NCBI GenBank assembly: GCA_964016885.1 | Contig: OZ024743.1 | Span: 23,870,001-23,934,000 of the forward strand | DNA from: Eledone cirrhosa | Taxonomy: Eukaryota | Direction: 5' to 3' | DNA: 64,000 nucleotides | Part shown: positions 60,154 to 64,000 of the stretch, one piece after another | Numbering within the stretch: position 1 is the first letter of the stretch | Layout: each line of letters begins with the position of its first letter | Notes under the pieces: generated by a model | The model's input: only the letters and a program-made list of their open reading frames with translations | What the model was told of the DNA's origin: nothing | Databases searched by the model: none | Translations under genes and position numbers: made by a program

Positions 60154-63100
60154 CCAATTCAATGATGTTCCAGAACAATGTAAACGAGATAATTGCCAAT
60201 TTGGGTTCTGGAACAAAAAAGATCATTGGCAATAAGGGCAGGGGCCCCAAGTTATCACAACCTGGGCCCGCCCGTCATCGTGCCATTGTAATAGAGCCAA
60301 ACAGGGCATTTAGTCTTGGCTGCTGGAACGTACGGACGCTGCTTGACAGGGATTCTTTGGAGCGTCCTGAACGAAGGACCGCTCTTGTTGCGAAGGAGCT
60401 TCGACGTTACGATCTTGACATCGTGGCTTTGTCTGAGACGAGGTTAGCTGGAGATGGTCATCTTACGGAATTTTGTGGAGAATATACATTCTTCTGGAAA
60501 GGAAGAGATGAAGGAACCAGAAGAGAGGCTGGGGTAGGATTTGCTGTTAAGACTGTACTGGTGAATAAATTGGAAGAATTCCCAGTGGGGATTAGTGAGC
60601 GTCTTATGTCCATGAGAGTTCCGCTGGACAAGGGAAGATATGCTACCCTGGTGAGTGTGTATGCTCCAACTATGAATTCTGTCGATGAAGAAAAACTGTC
60701 CTTTTACCATGCCTTGAAAGGTGTTTTAAGAAATATCCCTCAGGCAGACAAAGTCATCGTGCTTGGTGACTTTAATGCTAGAGTGGGTAGGGATTTTAAC
60801 ACATGGAATGTAATCGGAAGGCATGGGGTGGGAAAGTGTAACAGCAATGGTATGCTCTTGCTGCAGATGTGTGAGGAGCTGGATCTGTGTGTTACCAACA
60901 CCATGTTCCAACGGAAGAACAAATTCAAGACCACATGGATGCATCCTGCATCTAAGGAATGGCATCTTTTGGACTACGTCCTAGTCAGGATGCGTGACAG
61001 ACAGGATGTGCGGTGTGTTCGTGTTCTTCGTGGAGCTGAGTGCTGGACGGACCACCGCCTGGTACGCGCAAAAGTGAATCTAATCACCAAACGTAAAATC
61101 CGGGCTCCTGGTGTTACCCTGCCCAAAAGATTGAATGCTGCTCGTCTTAAGGATAAAAATGTGAAGAGGACATTGGAAGAAGAGATGCAGGCTGCAGATC
61201 TTGGTGAGGATTGGCCGACCCTTAAAAAGTCGGTTTATGATGTAGGCAGACGTGTTCTGGGATTGGTGCAGAGAAAACATCAGGACTGGTTTAATGAGAA
61301 AGATGTGCATATAGATGACTTGTTGGCTGATAAGAGGCGCGCTCTGTCACGCTACTTGACGGCAAGACCACAGGAGAGGAATACGTTGCATGAGGAGCTC
61401 AGGGATGTAAAATCACGTGTTAGGCGGAGTCTTTCTCAGATGAAGGATCAGTGGTGGAGTGAGAAGGCTGGTGAGATACAAACTGCGTCTGATTGCAATA
61501 ACACAAAGCTGTTGTACAGTCTCTTGCGTGAGGTTTATGGACCGTCTTCTTCTCTGGTGACACCGATTCGCAGCAGGGATGGCAAAGAACTTCTTCGTGA
61601 CTCACAGGGAATTCTACGAAGGTGGCGGGAGCACTTTGATGATCTTTTGAATCAGCCGTCTGTCGTCAGTGAAGATTTCCTCAATCTCATTCCGGAAAGT
61701 CCTGTGAAAGTAGCTCTCGCAGAGCCTCCGACACTTGTGGAGGTTGCAGTGGCTATTTCGAAGCTGAACAGTGGAAGATCTCCAGGTATGGATGGCATAC
61801 ATGCTGAGCTCCTACAATATGGTGGTGAGAGACTCCTGCAACATCTTCACTCTCTGTTTGGAAGGATATGGGCTAATGAATCCGTGCCTGAGGACTGGAG
61901 AGATGCAGTAATGGTGGTCTTGTACAAGGGAAAGGGTAACAGGAATGATTGTGGGAACTACAGAGGTATATCATTGCTTTCTGTCGTGGGGAAAGTTTTA
62001 TGTAGGGTGCTTCTGGACCGTCTGCTGACACACATTGCAGATTGTGTCCTTCCTGAAAGTCAATCTGGTTTTCGTGTTGGACGCGGCACTACTGATATGA
62101 TCTTCTCAGCTAGACAGCTCCAGGAGAAGTGCATTGAACAGGGCTTGGATCTGTATCAGGTTTTTGTCGATCTGACAAAGGCTTTCGATACTGTCAACAG
62201 AGATGCATTATGGAAGGTTCTCCAGAAACTTGGTTGCCCTGATAAGTTCCTTGCTTTAGTTAGGTCTTTCCATGACGACATGAAGGCTTGGGTTAATGTC
62301 GGAGGTAACATGTCGGAGCCTATCTCAGTAAAAAATGGAGTGAAACAGGGGGATATTCCAGCACCGACCCTGTTTGCCATATACTTTGCAATGGTTTTCT
62401 GTATTGCATTCAGGAATTGCGAGCATGGTGTTTACATCCGATATCGAACCTCAGGCAGCATATTTAACATCAGGCGCTTTGCTGCGAAGACAAAAGTGTT
62501 TACATCAGTCATAAGAGACCTCTTGTATGCAGATGATTGCGATCTTGTAGCGCACACAGAGAGTGATATGCAGCACATTTTGAATGTATTTTCTGACGCT
62601 TGCACTGCCCTGGGTTTGACTGTCAGTCTCAAGAAAACCGTCGTCATGTACCAACCTGCACCTGGTAGGCAGTACACTGAACCAAACATCTATGTGTATG
62701 GCAAACGACTTGGAGTGGTTGATCAGTTTGTCTACCTGGGAAGCACTGTCAATCGATACGGCAACCTTGACAGTGAAATCTCACTTAGGATTAGGAAAGC
62801 AAGTGATGCTTTCGGAAAGCTAGAAAGGCGACTCTGGGGTCGGCGAGACATATGCAGGAGGACAAAGGTAAGGGTGTACAGGGCATGTGTACTCTCTTGT
62901 CTTCTTTATGCCTGCGAGACCTGGGTCACATATCGACGCCACCTTAAGCAATTGGAGCGTTTCCATCAGATGTGTCTCAGACGGATACATGGCGTTCGCT
63001 GGAGGGACCACATCAGTGATGTCGAGATTTTGGAAAGCTCTATGTGTGACAGTATAGAAGCTCTTGTGCTTAAGCAGCGACTCCGTTGGAGTGGTCACCT

Positions 63101-63715
63101 TGCCAGGATGAAGGATTCTAGAATACCAAAACAACTCTTCTATGGAGAGTTGGTTAAAGGAAAACGACCGCCACATAAACCAAAAAAGAGGTATAAGGAT
63201 TCCTTGAAGGCCTCTCTGAAAGACGCTAACATCTCTGCTGATACATGGGAAAATATTGCTGCTGATCGTAATAAATGGAGAAAGACTGTATATGAGGGAA
63301 AAGTTGCCTTTGAGGCATCTCGAATCGCACACGAGAAAGTAAAGCGGGACGTGAGGAAGGGTATTGCTGTTGCACTTCCAGACGGCGAGGGTCCTCCTAT
63401 GTTTCTGACATGCAGCGTCTGTGCGAGACTCTGCCTAAGCAAAGCTGGACTCGAAAGTCATCTTCGCAGTCATAAAGTAAGACCAGTGGTTGACTACCAG
63501 GCTGCTGTTGGAGATGCTACTCATCATGCTTGCCAAACATGTGGTAGAGAATGTAAATCAGCAGGAGGACTCAAGCGACATGCAAAAGTACACGAACTCC
63601 AACCACAGCCGACTATTCCCAGTAAATGTTTTGGTTGCCGACTCTGTGCAAGACATTTTGGATCATTGGCTGGGCTAAAAAGCCACATTCGATCGCAGCA
63701 CTGTTAGTTGCTATC

Positions 63716-63753
<38 letters not shown>

Positions 63754-63852
63754 GCTTATGTGCGTGCGTGTGTGTGTATATATATATGAATATGTATATT
63801 ATTATTGTTGTTGTCGTTATTATTATTATTGCTATTATTATTATTATTATTA

Positions 63853-63902
<50 letters not shown>

Positions 63903-64000
63903 TTTTTTTTTTTTTTTTTTTTTTTTTATTGTGCAATGGCCATACTCGATAACGAGGGGGCAGCCATCATGTATGTATGTATGTATGTATGTATATGTAT
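60154..64000 (+). mobile_element. Apparently intact RTE-clade non-LTR retrotransposon
   Basis: Single uninterrupted ORF, short 3' UTR, family 3' end gcagccatcatg and (tatg)n tail. Confidence 0.95.
60162..63707 (+). CDS. RTE ORF, 1181 aa from the first plausible ATG: AP endonuclease, reverse transcriptase, three C2H2 zinc fingers
   Basis: EN motifs WNVRTL, ALSETR, SVYAPT, GDFNARVG, LDY and TDH. RT motifs FVDLTKAFD, GVKQGD and LYADD. Fingers: CSVC..HLRSH, CQTC..HAKVH and CRLC..HIRSQH. Confidence 0.95.
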   Translation: MMFQNNVNEIIANLGSGTKKIIGNKGRGPKLSQPGPARHRAIVIEPNRAFSLGCWNVRTLLDRDSLERPERRTALVAKELRRYDLDIVALSETRLAGDGHLTEFCGEYTFFWKGRDEGTRREAGVGFAVKTVLVNKLEEFPVGISERLMSMRVPLDKGRYATLVSVYAPTMNSVDEEKLSFYHALKGVLRNIPQADKVIVLGDFNARVGRDFNTWNVIGRHGVGKCNSNGMLLLQMCEELDLCVTNTMFQRKNKFKTTWMHPASKEWHLLDYVLVRMRDRQDVRCVRVLRGAECWTDHRLVRAKVNLITKRKIRAPGVTLPKRLNAARLKDKNVKRTLEEEMQAADLGEDWPTLKKSVYDVGRRVLGLVQRKHQDWFNEKDVHIDDLLADKRRALSRYLTARPQERNTLHEELRDVKSRVRRSLSQMKDQWWSEKAGEIQTASDCNNTKLLYSLLREVYGPSSSLVTPIRSRDGKELLRDSQGILRRWREHFDDLLNQPSVVSEDFLNLIPESPVKVALAEPPTLVEVAVAISKLNSGRSPGMDGIHAELLQYGGERLLQHLHSLFGRIWANESVPEDWRDAVMVVLYKGKGNRNDCGNYRGISLLSVVGKVLCRVLLDRLLTHIADCVLPESQSGFRVGRGTTDMIFSARQLQEKCIEQGLDLYQVFVDLTKAFDTVNRDALWKVLQKLGCPDKFLALVRSFHDDMKAWVNVGGNMSEPISVKNGVKQGDIPAPTLFAIYFAMVFCIAFRNCEHGVYIRYRTSGSIFNIRRFAAKTKVFTSVIRDLLYADDCDLVAHTESDMQHILNVFSDACTALGLTVSLKKTVVMYQPAPGRQYTEPNIYVYGKRLGVVDQFVYLGSTVNRYGNLDSEISLRIRKASDAFGKLERRLWGRRDICRRTKVRVYRACVLSCLLYACETWVTYRRHLKQLERFHQMCLRRIHGVRWRDHISDVEILESSMCDSIEALVLKQRLRWSGHLARMKDSRIPKQLFYGELVKGKRPPHKPKKRYKDSLKASLKDANISADTWENIAADRNKWRKTVYEGKVAFEASRIAHEKVKRDVRKGIAVALPDGEGPPMFLTCSVCARLCLSKAGLESHLRSHKVRPVVDYQAAVGDATHHACQTCGRECKSAGGLKRHAKVHELQPQPTIPSKCFGCRLCARHFGSLAGLKSHIRSQHC

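Noticed and set aside
59673-60161. N-terminal 163 aa of the 1344-aa ORF
   Set aside because: Microsatellite and poly(T) read-through. RTE-like sequence begins at about 60154.

Overview
AT-rich, repeat-dominated eukaryotic DNA. The host is most likely an octopod cephalopod, inferred from tRNA-headed SINEs with CORE-like and Ceph-like bodies, RTE LINEs and abundant (TA)n/(TACA)n tracts. The only host gene I can support is the 5' half of an IFT27/RABL4-like small GTPase on the + strand. It has four short GT-AG exons, and exon 1 occurs three times because it lies in a ~2.25-kb tandem triplication (43.6-49.6 kb). Downstream of exon 4, presumably in intron 4, is an apparently intact RTE LINE (1181-aa ORF: AP endonuclease, RT, three C2H2 fingers). 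The rest of the window holds: decayed RTE, CR1-like and mariner fragments; Helitron 3' ends; several MITEs; a 14-copy ~910-bp satellite with a micro-inversion polymorphism and 2-mer/3-mer higher-order structure; foldback elements with telomere-like cores; and at least nine type-I hammerhead-ribozyme-like motifs in Penelope-like inverted or direct repeats, four of them clustered at 40.6-43.6 kb. Most long ORFs in the supplied track are microsatellite artefacts. All calls were made by eye, without database searches.
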